Numbered from the stretch's first letter, positions 1 through 9,861 are shown. The stretch: 64,000 nt of DNA from Rickettsiales bacterium (GCA_964231325.1 CAXRIF010000002.1:287138-351137), one strand, 5' to 3'. Translations and numbers: made by a program. Notes: generated from the sequence alone by a model not told the origin.

Positions 1-70
1 CATAGACCTTGTTACATGGCAGTTCCTCGCGCAGGATTTTAGCGAAAATATTATCCGTATCGTAAGCCAT
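1..70 (-). CDS. HIT (histidine triad) family protein; only the N-terminal 23 codons are in the window
   Basis: The ATG at 70-68 overlaps the stop of the upstream gene (ATGA). The translation [23 protein letters not shown] matches the conserved N-terminus of HinT/HIT proteins. Confidence 0.65.
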   Translation of the reverse strand, partial: MAYDTDNIFAKILREELPCNKVY

Positions 71-654
71 CACAAAACCTTGCAGGCTTCATCAAAGCTG
101 AGACGCGGGCTACGTGGGAACAGCTTGGATGCATCGCCATAACCAAGATTACACAGGAAATTAGATTTCACCGGCGTACCAGCAAAAAAGGCTTCATCAA
201 GTTTGGCATGATCAAAGCCAGACATTGGCCCACAATCCAGTCCACAAGCGCGTGCTGCTAATATGAAATAACCTCCCTGCAACACAGCATTGCGATCCGC
301 GGTAGAGTTAATCAGCTCCTGATTACCGGTAAACCAGCTTTTTGCGTCCGTATGGGGAAAGAGCTGCGGCAATTTTTCATAAAATTCCATATCCTGCGCA
401 ATGATGGCACATACAGGTGCGCTCATGGTTTTTTCCACGTTCCCTTCAGCGAGGCATGGCTTTAGCTTCGCCTTCGCTTCGTCTGATTTGACAAACACAA
501 TGCGTGCTGGCGAGCAATTGGCGCTGGTCGGCGCCCATTTCATCAGATCATATACTTGCGTAAGCAGCGCATCATCCACGGGCTTATCCAGCCACTCATT
601 GTGCGTGCGTGCATTATTAAACATCATATCCAGAGTTTGTTTATCCGCGCTCAT
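70..654 (-). CDS. Nitroreductase-family oxidoreductase (RutE/malonic semialdehyde reductase-like)
   Basis: This is a 194-aa ORF with a nitroreductase-fold sequence ([23 protein letters not shown]). Its start overlaps the hisE stop (ATGA at 651-654). Confidence 0.8.
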   Translation of the reverse strand: MSADKQTLDMMFNNARTHNEWLDKPVDDALLTQVYDLMKWAPTSANCSPARIVFVKSDEAKAKLKPCLAEGNVEKTMSAPVCAIIAQDMEFYEKLPQLFPHTDAKSWFTGNQELINSTADRNAVLQGGYFILAARACGLDCGPMSGFDHAKLDEAFFAGTPVKSNFLCNLGYGDASKLFPRSPRLSFDEACKVL

Positions 655-980
655 ACGTCACCTTTCCTACGTTTTTTCTCTTCAATTCTTAACATGCCTT
701 CACGGCGCATCAGTTCATCCATCACATCGCTCAGCGGCAAGCCCTGCTCTACCATCAATAGCAACCAGTGAAAGAGCATATCCGCACTTTCTGCCACCAC
801 TTCTTTTTTATCATTCTGCATGGCAGCGATCACCGTTTCCACCGCCTCTTCTCCCAGCTTCTGGGTGATTTTGGGTGTGCCTTGTTTCATGCGTTTAGCC
901 ACGTAAGATTCCTTGGGGTCTGCGCCCTTTTGCTTTTCAATAAGCTGATATAAATGTTCTAATGTATCGACAGTGGACAT
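651..980 (-). CDS. hisE: Phosphoribosyl-ATP pyrophosphatase
   Basis: The internal ATG at 980 gives 109 aa, [53 protein letters not shown]. This is the typical HisE/MazG-like sequence. The upstream 43 codons of the 152-aa ORF look non-coding. Confidence 0.85.
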   Translation of the reverse strand: MSTVDTLEHLYQLIEKQKGADPKESYVAKRMKQGTPKITQKLGEEAVETVIAAMQNDKKEVVAESADMLFHWLLLMVEQGLPLSDVMDELMRREGMLRIEEKKRRKGDV

Positions 981-1010
981 GCTGCTCCAATCTACTAATA
1001 TACTGAGTTG

Positions 1011-1688
1011 ATGGCAGATAATCACGACCGCACACAATATGCAACTATTGGTCATCCATCGGTAGCAGCTATTACCGAAGGGCATTTTCGCTTTGCCAGC
1101 AAAAAACAAGCACAGGAGAAGCTTGCCGCTATTTTGAGTGGGTTCATTCTTTCAAAAAAAAGTAAGACCGCTAAACCCATATTATGGATTAAAGGGTTTG
1201 CCATCACCCCGGATGAACATGCCGAAGGCTGTTTAGGGAATTTCGCCAAGCTATCCGTTACCCCGCGTGATGATCACTACACTGTCGTGGCCGAAAAGAT
1301 GGCAATGAAACTCGACCAACATCCGCAGCGCAAGCGCCCTAAGCGGCAACACCCGGATTGGGGACATCCCATCCTGCGCAGTGTGAAGAAAAAGCGGCGT
1401 TATGATGACGCAAGCGAAGCACATGAAGAGTTGATGCGCCTGCATCAGGACTATCCGGAAATCTCCATTCCCGGCGAAGGGCAGCTACACATCATTATTT
1501 ATGAGCCGACGGCCTATCGCAAAAAGCCGATTCAGAAATACACATTAAAAGTAAAGCCGACGGATGATGAAAAATTTGTGATTCAGTATCGCAAAAATAC
1601 CTACGTCAAAAAGAAAGACCCGCGCAAAAAGAAAGAAACCGCTATTGGGTTTTTTACCAGCCTGGTTCAGAAGAAAAGAAAAAAGTAG
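1011..1688 (+). CDS. Hypothetical, strongly basic protein (225 aa) with a poly-Lys/Arg C-terminus
   Basis: A long ORF with ATG at 1011 (TTG at 1008). I recognise no family. The C-terminus is KKKDPRKKKE...QKKRKK. The gene sits only 30 bp from the divergent hisE start. Confidence 0.5.
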   Translation: MADNHDRTQYATIGHPSVAAITEGHFRFASKKQAQEKLAAILSGFILSKKSKTAKPILWIKGFAITPDEHAEGCLGNFAKLSVTPRDDHYTVVAEKMAMKLDQHPQRKRPKRQHPDWGHPILRSVKKKRRYDDASEAHEELMRLHQDYPEISIPGEGQLHIIIYEPTAYRKKPIQKYTLKVKPTDDEKFVIQYRKNTYVKKKDPRKKKETAIGFFTSLVQKKRKK

Positions 1689-1727
1689 TCCAACTCTCCC
1701 CGGTTAGGGGGGCGGGTTGGACTACTT
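1683..1727 (-). terminator. Intrinsic terminator hairpin between convergent genes
   Basis: A 12-bp perfect stem (AAGTAGTCCAAC at 1683-1694 paired with GTTGGACTACTT at 1716-1727) carries a G/C-rich inner loop. On the minus strand it is followed by a T-rich run (complement of 1671-1682). The stem overlaps the stop codon of the + strand gene. Confidence 0.6.
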
Positions 1728-1734
1728 CGTGAGT

Positions 1735-2169
1735 TTAGCCAGCACGTTCGGCTTCGGCACGCCAGTTCAAGAGCAAACTCACGCTCCTGAACATGATGAA
1801 TGCCAAAAACCAGACGAGCGCGAGCTCAATCTGATCCGGCTGCATCGCAAGAGACACCACAAAAATGAGTGCCCCAGCGATGTGAGCGATAGTGATCCAC
1901 CTGTTCCTTCCGTCATACAACTCCCGAAGGTTGAACATGACAGCGACGAACAGGATGAACCCACTCACATAGCTCGTCCACAAAAGAACGGGCGCAGGGA
2001 CCTCTCGAAGCAGCTCCCCATTGGGAACCGTTTCGGAAACGTTCTGCGCCAACTCCACGGACGGAACATCCAGCACCGACGGCACCAGCAAAAAACTCAG
2101 GTACAGAAAAACTGCACTAAACAACACAGTACTCATCCACTTCTGCTTTTCTTTAAGCGTACTTCCCAT
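1735..2169 (-). CDS. Hypothetical membrane protein (144 aa)
   Basis: The ORF contains about 4 hydrophobic helices (VLFSAVFLYLSFLLV, GFILFVAVMF, IAHIAGALIFVVSLA, LALVWFLAFIMF). No family is recognised. Confidence 0.5.
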   Translation of the reverse strand: MGSTLKEKQKWMSTVLFSAVFLYLSFLLVPSVLDVPSVELAQNVSETVPNGELLREVPAPVLLWTSYVSGFILFVAVMFNLRELYDGRNRWITIAHIAGALIFVVSLAMQPDQIELALVWFLAFIMFRSVSLLLNWRAEAERAG

Positions 2170-2346
2170 TTCAAATTCCTTCCTTAGAAAAGGACAGACA
2201 GACTGTAAAGAATCTACAACGTGTAAATTCCAAGTGAACGATTAGTATAACATAATGGAAACTAAGGATTAATCAGGATACTGTGAAGATTCTGTGACAG
2301 CACAACCATTTGAAATACAATGATTTTGCCGGCTGCACCTCTGCCC

Positions 2347-2880
2347 TCACACCAATGTCGAGATTGGCTCCAGGTTTTTATAGTAGAAATAGCCCGAAAT
2401 CATCTGGGCACTTTCAAACTCGTAGTAAGGCAGTGTGCCCCATTTTTTATAGCCGTTTTCTTCGTAAAGTTTGATGGCGGCTTCCTGTGTTTTACGCACG
2501 GAAAGTTTGATGATCGAGAATCCCTGCGCGCGCGCTTCACGTTCTACTGCTTCGAGCAACATCTTGGCCATACCGTGCCCCCTCGCCCATGGAGCCACAA
2601 AATGCGCCTCAACCGAAGCGGCAAAAGAAGTAGTCTCTTTACTGGGGCCGGGCTTTAAGAGTTGCACGCTACCGGAAAGAGCACCATCAAGCCGCGCAGC
2701 AAACAACACACGCTCCGGCACTACGATGACCCCTTTCCAATAGGTCTCCAATATATCTTTTCCGGGGGGGAGCACCCAGTTAAAGCCGATGCCCTCGCGA
2801 ATCGCGTCTTCCGTGGCTTGCACCAGCTCGGTGAGGTCGGCATGGCGAAATTCGGTTATTCTTTCGACGCGGGCGCTCAT
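2347..2880 (-). CDS. GNAT family N-acetyltransferase
   Basis: A 177-aa ORF with the acetyl-CoA binding region (VAPWARGHGMAKMLLEAVEREARAQGFSIIKLSV, AIKLYEENGY). Confidence 0.85.
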   Translation of the reverse strand: MSARVERITEFRHADLTELVQATEDAIREGIGFNWVLPPGKDILETYWKGVIVVPERVLFAARLDGALSGSVQLLKPGPSKETTSFAASVEAHFVAPWARGHGMAKMLLEAVEREARAQGFSIIKLSVRKTQEAAIKLYEENGYKKWGTLPYYEFESAQMISGYFYYKNLEPISTLV

Positions 2881-2892
2881 AATCTCACAACA

Positions 2893-3288
2893 CTATGTAT
2901 AGGCTTGGGCAAAATGTCGGTCGAAATAGCGCTGCTCAGCGCGCAGCTGGCTATCGGCTGCGGTAATATCGGCCATGATATAACCGCGTTTGGCAAGTGC
3001 ACTACGAATCCAGTCATTACCATGAAACCCGACCATCGCATTAAACATGATCTGCACGATACCCAACACGTCGGCGCTCATGAAGCCACTTTTGGTGATT
3101 AATGCCAATGCCGTATTCACTGCAAAAATGAACAGCGCCGCTAGCCACAAGCGGTGATACAACGCCCACAAAAACGTAAACAGAAAGGCAAAAACATTGA
3201 ATCCCTCTTTTACAAATACCGGCTTTTGATAGCTATTCGAGCTACCCGATTCCACATGCACCGTATAAATTTTCATGCCACCGAACAT
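2893..3288 (-). CDS. DUF2628-like small membrane protein
   Basis: The sequence PVFVKEGFNVFAFLFTFLWALYHRLW...GFHGNDWIRSALAKRGY is characteristic of the alphaproteobacterial DUF2628 family. The start is ambiguous (3288 or 3276). Confidence 0.65.
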   Translation of the reverse strand: MFGGMKIYTVHVESGSSNSYQKPVFVKEGFNVFAFLFTFLWALYHRLWLAALFIFAVNTALALITKSGFMSADVLGIVQIMFNAMVGFHGNDWIRSALAKRGYIMADITAADSQLRAEQRYFDRHFAQAYT

Positions 3289-3511
3289 GTATGTTTTTCC
3301 TATTTCACCGCACCGCCATATGGCGACGCATGAGCATTAAAGAGAGCGGCATTTTTAGCAGAATGCCAATAAAAGACAAGTCGTTGATTTTACATTTTCG
3401 CTAGGCTGAGCCAAATGCGCAGCTTTTTTAGAAGCCGTAGCGCAGCGTACAGCTAAGTACGTGAGCAACGGAAGTGTAAAAAAGCAAGTAAGTTGGCCAA
3501 CATCGTGGAAA

Positions 3512-4612
3512 TCATCCGTCTTCCAAATGTAAGAGCAATGCCCCACCAACCATGCTCATCACTACGGCAGGCGCCCAGGCGGCCAGCCAAATGGGTAACG
3601 TGCCTGCTGAGCCTAATGCAAAAATCAGATCGGTAAAGAAATGCATCAAAAACCCGGTCAAGATACCGGCCACCACCAATATGCCGACCTTACCACGGCG
3701 CGGTAAACGTAGCGAGAATACAGCAGCTACCAACACAGTTCCTGCGAGTAAGAACGGACTAGCAAGCATACTTTGCCAGTAAAGCCGGTGTTTAAGTGCA
3801 GAAAACCCTGCATCCTCCAACATAGTGGTAAAGGATGGCAACGCCCAAAATGACATGGTTTCTGGCGAGGCAAAACTATCCTGAATATAGCCAAGCGTGA
3901 GGTTGGTTGGCAGCACCTCTTCAGAAGTTTCCACCGGAGGTTGGCCTGGCACCGAACGGATCACCTTAGAAAGCACCAACTCACCGGGATTAAGTATGGC
4001 ACGTTTTGCATCAAGCCGCTCGGAAAATTTCTTTTCCTTATCGAAGGTATAGATATTCACATTATCAAACGACATATCGTTTTGCGAAATGCGCATGGCG
4101 TGAATAATATGTTCATTACCAGTTTCTTCAATCTGGCGAAGCCACAAACCAGACGACGAGACCGCAAGCAAGCTCGGCCTACCGGTTAAATATTTCCCTT
4201 CAATATGCTCGTAACGCAGTAACAAGGCAGAAGCCAGCGGGTTAAACACGGTGGTCATCAACATACCAATGCCAAGCACCACCATCACTGCCGGATATAA
4301 AAATTGCCACACAGACACCCCGGCCGAACGTGTCACCACCAGTTCGTGTGTACGCGTAAGTTTGGTCAGCGCCAACATGCTACCGATCAACACTGCGTAA
4401 GGCATAAGTCGTTCAGCCATACTGGGAAGTTTAAGCAGTACCATTTGCAAAATGACCCCAATGGTCACTCCATCTTTGCCCGAAGCACGACGCAACAATT
4501 CAATCAAATCCACTAACATGCTAATGGCAAGCAAACCAAACAGCGCCAGCATAATGGACTGCAGAAAATGTTTTCCTATATAGGAAGAAAGTGTCCAGGG
4601 AAGTCTCATCAT
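3512..4612 (-). CDS. lptG: LPS export ABC transporter permease LptG
   Basis: It belongs to the YjgP/YjgQ permease family and lies directly downstream of lptF. The start ATG at 4612 overlaps the lptF stop (ATGATGA). The longer 429-aa ORF extension overlaps lptF and is rejected. Confidence 0.9.
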   Translation of the reverse strand: MMRLPWTLSSYIGKHFLQSIMLALFGLLAISMLVDLIELLRRASGKDGVTIGVILQMVLLKLPSMAERLMPYAVLIGSMLALTKLTRTHELVVTRSAGVSVWQFLYPAVMVVLGIGMLMTTVFNPLASALLLRYEHIEGKYLTGRPSLLAVSSSGLWLRQIEETGNEHIIHAMRISQNDMSFDNVNIYTFDKEKKFSERLDAKRAILNPGELVLSKVIRSVPGQPPVETSEEVLPTNLTLGYIQDSFASPETMSFWALPSFTTMLEDAGFSALKHRLYWQSMLASPFLLAGTVLVAAVFSLRLPRRGKVGILVVAGILTGFLMHFFTDLIFALGSAGTLPIWLAAWAPAVVMSMVGGALLLHLEDG

Positions 4613-5706
4613 GCGTGTCTGAGCCTCCTGAAATTCAGGCTCCCGCCGCTCAACACATGCGCAGCAATAATACAGGGAATAAACAAGTTGAGATAGGCCA
4701 GTATAACCAGTGATGGGTTCATAGCCACCATGCCACGGAAGCCCACCGAGGCAAACAGGATGACTACACCAAAGCCAACCGCCATAGCAATGCGTCGCCA
4801 ATGACCGCGACGGTTAAACTCACCAGAGAGCAGCACGGCCAGCGCCACCAACGTGATACACAAACTATAGGCTGGCCATAAAATGCGCTGGTGTCCTTCA
4901 GCATAGCGTTTCAAATTATCCTGCATGCTGCGTGTATCGTCATAGCGAAACAGCTCGTGCAGGAAAAGCTCCTGCGGGTCTTTGTAACGCTTGCCCATCT
5001 CCTTGGTATAAAGGCTGATATCAAGCGTATATTTTTCGAAATTCAGAAAAGACAGCTTGCCGTTTTGTTTTTCCTGACGGTTGCCGTTTACCATCAAAAA
5101 TCGTGGCCCTTGTGCAGTTTCCACCAGCTTGCCTTCTTCCGCCATCATGGTGATGGACACATCTGGCGTGCGCGCATCATGCACGAGTATGCCGTGCAGG
5201 ATATTATTTTCATCGCGCTCTCGTATAAACACGGTAAGTCCTGGCACGGGGCTGTTAAACACACCATCTTGCAACAAGATGGATGCGTAGTTATTGCGCA
5301 GGAAAAATTGCATTTCCTTGAATTGCTTGTAGCTTACTGGCTGCAAATACATGGCAATAAAATAGCCAATGATCGCCACACCCGCCGCCACCTGTATGGC
5401 CGGCAACCCCAGTCGCCAACGTGAAAGCCCGGCCGCCTGCATCACCACCAGCTCGCTTTCTATTTTTAGCTTGTTGTACACAAACAGGACAGAGCACAAC
5501 AAAGCCGGCGGCAGTATCATCAAGATTAACGACGGAACGAGCAACACAGTCAGTGTCAAAAATACCATGATCGACACGCCCTGATTAACGATTACATCAA
5601 TAAAGCGCAATGCTTGCGTGAGCCACACGATACTGGTAAGGCTTAGCGTAATAAGCAGCATCGAATGCACCAGGTGCCGCGTGATATATTTATTATATTG
5701 GTACAT
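4609..5706 (-). CDS. lptF: LPS export ABC transporter permease LptF
   Basis: A 365-aa YjgP/YjgQ-type permease, divergent from pepA as in the classic pepA-holC / lptF-lptG arrangement. Confidence 0.9.
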   Translation of the reverse strand: MYQYNKYITRHLVHSMLLITLSLTSIVWLTQALRFIDVIVNQGVSIMVFLTLTVLLVPSLILMILPPALLCSVLFVYNKLKIESELVVMQAAGLSRWRLGLPAIQVAAGVAIIGYFIAMYLQPVSYKQFKEMQFFLRNNYASILLQDGVFNSPVPGLTVFIRERDENNILHGILVHDARTPDVSITMMAEEGKLVETAQGPRFLMVNGNRQEKQNGKLSFLNFEKYTLDISLYTKEMGKRYKDPQELFLHELFRYDDTRSMQDNLKRYAEGHQRILWPAYSLCITLVALAVLLSGEFNRRGHWRRIAMAVGFGVVILFASVGFRGMVAMNPSLVILAYLNLFIPCIIAAHVLSGGSLNFRRLRHA

Positions 5707-5749
5707 AGGCTAAATACATAGACGGGAACGTCAATTAAGGGAAGAACGT

Positions 5750-7243
5750 ATGAAAATTAATTTCGTAGAACTCAACAAAACTGCTCAAAATAACGCTGTT
5801 TTAGTGCTGGCAGTAGGTAAAGACAAGAAACTCTCTGCGGCAGGCAAAGACCTGGATAAGCAGTCTGGTGGCGTCATTTCCAAAGCTATCGCTTCTGGCA
5901 AATTTGCCGGTAAGCCGGGGCAATATCTTTCCGTAGCACTTCCTTCTAAGATGAAGGCAGACCGCGTAGTTCTTGCCGGTTACGGCGAGGCAAAGAACCT
6001 GACCCACACCTGCTTCGAAAAGATGGGTGGCGGGGCGATTCCTCATATCAACGCCGCCAATGCAAAATCCGCTGCATTCCTATTAGACGGCATTAAATGC
6101 AAGGTACCATCCTCTGAAGCGGCAGCACGCATCGGGCATGGCGCGTATCTACGCAGTTATTTCTTCGATAAATATTTCACCAAACGCCCGGATATTGAAA
6201 AGTCTGCGCTTAAAACATTTAGCGTGGCCGTGTCTGGCAGCAAGTCTGTTTCCAAACATTATAATGTATTGGCTAAGATCGCCGACGGGGTGAACCTCAC
6301 GCGCGACGTGGTCACTGAGCCGGGCAATGTGATCAACCCAGAAACTCTGGCCAAGAAATGTCAGGAACTCAGCAAGCTTGGCGTAAACGTAAAAGTGTTG
6401 GGCGAAGCGCAGATGAAAAAGCTGGGCTTTGGTGCGCTGCTTGGGGTTGGGCAAGGCTCACGTTTCGAATCCAAGCTCGTAATCATGGAATGGAAAGGTG
6501 CGGCTAAATCGCAAAAGCCGGTTGCTTTTGTGGGTAAAGGTGTGACGTTTGATACGGGCGGTATTTCTATCAAGCCGTCAGGCGGCATGGATGAAATGAA
6601 ATTCGACATGGGCGGCTCCGGCACCGTCATCGGCCTGATGAAAGCACTTGCTGGCCGCAAAGCCAAAGTCAACGCAGTGGGTGTTGTCGGGCTGGTAGAA
6701 AACATGCCAGATGGTAATGCGCAGCGCCCCGGCGATGTGGTCACCTCTTATTCTGGCCAGACCATTGAGGTGCTCAACACCGATGCGGAAGGCCGCCTCG
6801 TGCTGGCTGATGCATTGTGGTACACACAAAAACATTTCAAACCAAAATTCATCATCGATCTGGCAACGCTGACTGGCGCTATCATTGTAGCGCTTGGTAG
6901 TTCGCGCGCCGGGCTGTTTTCCAATGATGACAAGCTCTCCGAGCAGCTGTCTAAAGTGGGTGAAAAAGTCGATGAGCCCGTATGGCGTCTGCCACTGGGT
7001 GATGTGTATGATAAGCAGATCAACTCTGATATTGCTGACATGCAGAATATTGGCGCCGATCGTGAAGCAGGCTCCATTACGGCCGCACAATTCCTGCAAC
7101 GTTTTGTAAACAACACCCCATGGGTGCATCTCGACATTGCGGGCACCGCATGGAGCAAGAAAGACTCGGCGCTGTTTGCCAAAGGTGCAACCGGTTATGG
7201 CGTGCGCCTGCTCAACCAGTTGGTGGAAGATTACTACGAATAA
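5750..7243 (+). CDS. pepA: Leucyl aminopeptidase (M17)
   Basis: A 497-aa ORF with M17 signatures (VGKGVTFDTGGISIKP, NTDAEGRLVLADAL). Confidence 0.95.
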   Translation: MKINFVELNKTAQNNAVLVLAVGKDKKLSAAGKDLDKQSGGVISKAIASGKFAGKPGQYLSVALPSKMKADRVVLAGYGEAKNLTHTCFEKMGGGAIPHINAANAKSAAFLLDGIKCKVPSSEAAARIGHGAYLRSYFFDKYFTKRPDIEKSALKTFSVAVSGSKSVSKHYNVLAKIADGVNLTRDVVTEPGNVINPETLAKKCQELSKLGVNVKVLGEAQMKKLGFGALLGVGQGSRFESKLVIMEWKGAAKSQKPVAFVGKGVTFDTGGISIKPSGGMDEMKFDMGGSGTVIGLMKALAGRKAKVNAVGVVGLVENMPDGNAQRPGDVVTSYSGQTIEVLNTDAEGRLVLADALWYTQKHFKPKFIIDLATLTGAIIVALGSSRAGLFSNDDKLSEQLSKVGEKVDEPVWRLPLGDVYDKQINSDIADMQNIGADREAGSITAAQFLQRFVNNTPWVHLDIAGTAWSKKDSALFAKGATGYGVRLLNQLVEDYYE

Positions 7244-7698
7244 TGGCCTCGGTTCAGTTCTACCATCTTACTACTTCGCCGCTGGAGCGTGCGCTGCCTA
7301 AATTGCTGGAGACCATTATCAGCAAAGGTTTTCGCGTGGCTGTGGTGGCGGAGTCTGAAGAGCGCGTGGCCCAACTCAACCAACTGCTCTGGACCTATGA
7401 CCAGAATAGTTTTCTGCCACATGGCAGCGCCAATGATGGCAACGAAAAAGAGCAACCCATTTACCTCACCACTAAACCTGAAGCACCGAACGATGCGAAC
7501 GTGATGCTCATCACGGGTGGTGCGGTAGTAGAAGATACGTCGGGCTATGAGCGCGTGGCTGATATGTTTGATGGCAACGACCTGAGTTCACTACAGGCAG
7601 CACGCCTGCGCTGGAAGCATTACAAGGATGCAGGGCTCGAGCTTTCTTACATGCAGCAGGGCGAGCAAGGTGGTTGGCAACAAAAGGCTGTTGCGTAA
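7243..7698 (+). CDS. holC: DNA polymerase III chi subunit
   Basis: The ATG at 7243 overlaps the pepA stop (TAATG). The sequence MASVQFYHLTTSPLERALPKLLETIISKGFRVAVV is HolC-like, and the pepA-holC synteny is conserved. Confidence 0.85.
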   Translation: MASVQFYHLTTSPLERALPKLLETIISKGFRVAVVAESEERVAQLNQLLWTYDQNSFLPHGSANDGNEKEQPIYLTTKPEAPNDANVMLITGGAVVEDTSGYERVADMFDGNDLSSLQAARLRWKHYKDAGLELSYMQQGEQGGWQQKAVA

Positions 7699-9276
7699 AT
7701 GTCTGATCCTGTTTCCCTGCGCAGAACGTTTGCGATTATTTCCCACCCCGATGCCGGTAAAACCACGCTAACGGAAAAGCTGCTTTTATTTGGTGGCGCG
7801 ATTCATTTAGCCGGTGCAGTTAAAGCCAAGAAAGGCGGCAAAGCAGCCACGTCGGATTGGATGAATATTGAGCAGCAACGCGGTATCTCGGTAAGTTCTG
7901 CGGTGATGACGTTCGAGTATGATGGCAAGACGGTAAACCTGCTGGATACGCCCGGCCACAAAGACTTTTCGGAAGACACTTATCGCACGCTGACCGCGGT
8001 GGATTCTGCGGTGATGGTGCTGGATGGTGCGAAAGGTATTGAGGAGCAAACCCTCAAGCTTTTCGAAGTGTGCCGCCTGCGCGATACGCCGGTGATCAGC
8101 TTCATCAACAAGATGGATCGTGAGACGCGCGAACCGTTCGAGTTGCTCGACGAGATTGAGCAGCGCCTGCAGCTTAATGTCTGCCCCATCACCTGGCCGA
8201 TTGGCATGGGCAAGCGTTTCCGCGGTTGTTTTAACATCGTCACCGACACGCTCTATTTATTTGATGATGATGGCGGTGAACAAATTTCTGAAGGCAAACA
8301 ATATAGCGGAACGGATGACCCCGCGCTGGATGAAGTCATCCCCGCTGAAGAACTTTCAAAGTTCCGCGAAGAGGTGGAAATGGTCAAAGCCATGTGCCCA
8401 CCGTTTAATAAAGAGCATTATCTGGAAGGGCATTTAACGCCGGTATTTTTCGGCAGCGCGATCAATAATTTTGGTGTGCGTGAATTGCTAGAGGCGCTGT
8501 GTGAAATGGCGCCTGCCCCACGTGTGCAGGCCGCGGAGCCACGCGAAATAACACCGCAGGAAGAAAAATTCTCCGGCTTTGTGTTTAAGATTCAAGCCAA
8601 CATGGACAAGAACCATCGCGACCGCATCGCTTTTGTGCGCATCTGCTCCGGCAAATATCGCCGCGGCATGAAAGTGTTGCATGTACGCTCCGGCAAAACA
8701 CTGGCGCTTAATAACCCGGTGTTGTTTTTGGCGCGTGAACGTGAGCTGGCTGAAGAAGCCTGGCCGGGTGATATTCTGGGCATTCCCGGGCACGGGCATT
8801 TGCGCATTGGTGATGGGCTCACCGAAGGTGAAAAACTATACTTCACCGGCATTCCAAGTTTTGCGCCGGAGCTTTTCCAGCGTATTCGTCTGGAAGACCC
8901 GCTGAAATCCAAGCAGCTTAAAGAAGCGCTCACGCAACTTTCTGAAGAAGGTGCCTCACAGATTTTTAAACCGATGGATGGTAGTCCATGGATTATCGGC
9001 GTAGTGGGCACATTGCAGTTTGACGTGATTGCTTCGCGTATTAGCGCAGAATATGGTGTGAAGGGCAGTTTTGAAGCCGTGCAATATACGGCGGCGCGGT
9101 GGATTAAAGCCAAAGACCAAAAAGCGCTCGATGATTTTTGCAATAAGAATAAATTCAACACGGCGGAAGATGCTAACGGACAACTCGCCTATCTCGCCCC
9201 CAATGATTGGCATTTAGAGCGCATCGCCAAGGACTTCCCGGATATTGAATTCTTGAAAACCCGCGAAAACCGCTAA
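7699..9276 (+). CDS. prfC: Peptide chain release factor 3 (GTPase)
   Basis: A 525-aa ORF with GTPase motifs (AIISHPDAGKTT, DTPGHKDF, NKMD) and an RF3-type C-terminal part. Its start abuts the holC stop. Confidence 0.95.
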   Translation: MSDPVSLRRTFAIISHPDAGKTTLTEKLLLFGGAIHLAGAVKAKKGGKAATSDWMNIEQQRGISVSSAVMTFEYDGKTVNLLDTPGHKDFSEDTYRTLTAVDSAVMVLDGAKGIEEQTLKLFEVCRLRDTPVISFINKMDRETREPFELLDEIEQRLQLNVCPITWPIGMGKRFRGCFNIVTDTLYLFDDDGGEQISEGKQYSGTDDPALDEVIPAEELSKFREEVEMVKAMCPPFNKEHYLEGHLTPVFFGSAINNFGVRELLEALCEMAPAPRVQAAEPREITPQEEKFSGFVFKIQANMDKNHRDRIAFVRICSGKYRRGMKVLHVRSGKTLALNNPVLFLARERELAEEAWPGDILGIPGHGHLRIGDGLTEGEKLYFTGIPSFAPELFQRIRLEDPLKSKQLKEALTQLSEEGASQIFKPMDGSPWIIGVVGTLQFDVIASRISAEYGVKGSFEAVQYTAARWIKAKDQKALDDFCNKNKFNTAEDANGQLAYLAPNDWHLERIAKDFPDIEFLKTRENR

Positions 9277-9340
9277 CATTAAAAAGTGCGCTTCCATTTT
9301 CCCCCTTCCCGGCCAATCATTTTAACCACATGCTTACCTC

Positions 9341-9760
9341 ATGTCCGCATGGTTAGCCCTAGTTCCCGCCGTTTCTGATCTGCTTGATAAGCTGATTCCC
9401 GACCCCGAAGCGCGCGAAAAAGCCAAGCTTGAGTTGCTTAAGGCCGAGCGCGAAACCGACCTTGAGGAGTTGCGCCTTGCCATCAGTGCTGACGCCATGC
9501 AGGCAGAGATCAATAAAAACGAAGCAACACACCGCACGCTATTTGTCGCAGGTTGGCGGCCATTCATTGGCTGGGTCTGTGGTGTGGCATTCGCCTATCA
9601 TTTTATCATCCAACCCATTGCCGCTTTTGCCATTGCCAATCAGGGCAGCGAAGTACATCTGCCTGACTTTGATATCGAAGCGTTATTTACGGTATTGATG
9701 GGCATGCTTGGTTTGGGCGGTCTGCGTACGATTGAAAAAATCAAAAACATCTCCAAGTAG
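9341..9760 (+). CDS. Holin of the 3-TM 'gene-transfer-agent release' type (PF11351-like, from memory)
   Basis: A 139-aa ORF. The N-terminal amphipathic region (DKLIPDPEAREKAKLELLKAERE) is followed by hydrophobic helices (WRPFIGWVCGVAFAYHFIIQPI, LFTVLMGMLGLGGL) and ends RTIEKIK. This architecture is as I recall it for GTA holins. Confidence 0.5.
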   Translation: MSAWLALVPAVSDLLDKLIPDPEAREKAKLELLKAERETDLEELRLAISADAMQAEINKNEATHRTLFVAGWRPFIGWVCGVAFAYHFIIQPIAAFAIANQGSEVHLPDFDIEALFTVLMGMLGLGGLRTIEKIKNISK

Positions 9761-9861
9761 CTGCGTTTTTCACGGCACTCCTGACTGTTTTATTTAATAG
9801 AAAATTAACTGCAATGCGGCTATAGGTAAGGCATCGTAATCTATAGATTCAGGAACGCTCG

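Noticed and set aside
3355-3549. A 64-aa minus-strand ORF downstream of lptG
   Set aside because: It overlaps the lptG stop region, lacks a Shine-Dalgarno and has no recognisable features. It is treated as intergenic.
4613-4801. The N-terminal extension of the lptG ORF (429 aa version)
   Set aside because: It overlaps the lptF 3' end in another frame and is Cys/Trp/Gly-rich. The ATG at 4612, overlapping the lptF stop, gives a normal-length LptG.
6361-7182. Several 127-183-aa minus-strand ORFs inside pepA
   Set aside because: They are antisense to a high-confidence M17 aminopeptidase, with Pro/Ser/Ala-rich or His/Cys-rich shadow-frame composition.
7120-7242. The N-terminal extension of the holC ORF
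   Set aside because: It lies inside pepA in another frame. The HolC homology begins at MASVQFYHL (ATG at 7243, TAATG overlap).
8592-9161. A 189-aa minus-strand ORF inside prfC
   Set aside because: It is an antisense shadow ORF of RF3 with Ser/Pro/Cys-rich composition and no family resemblance.
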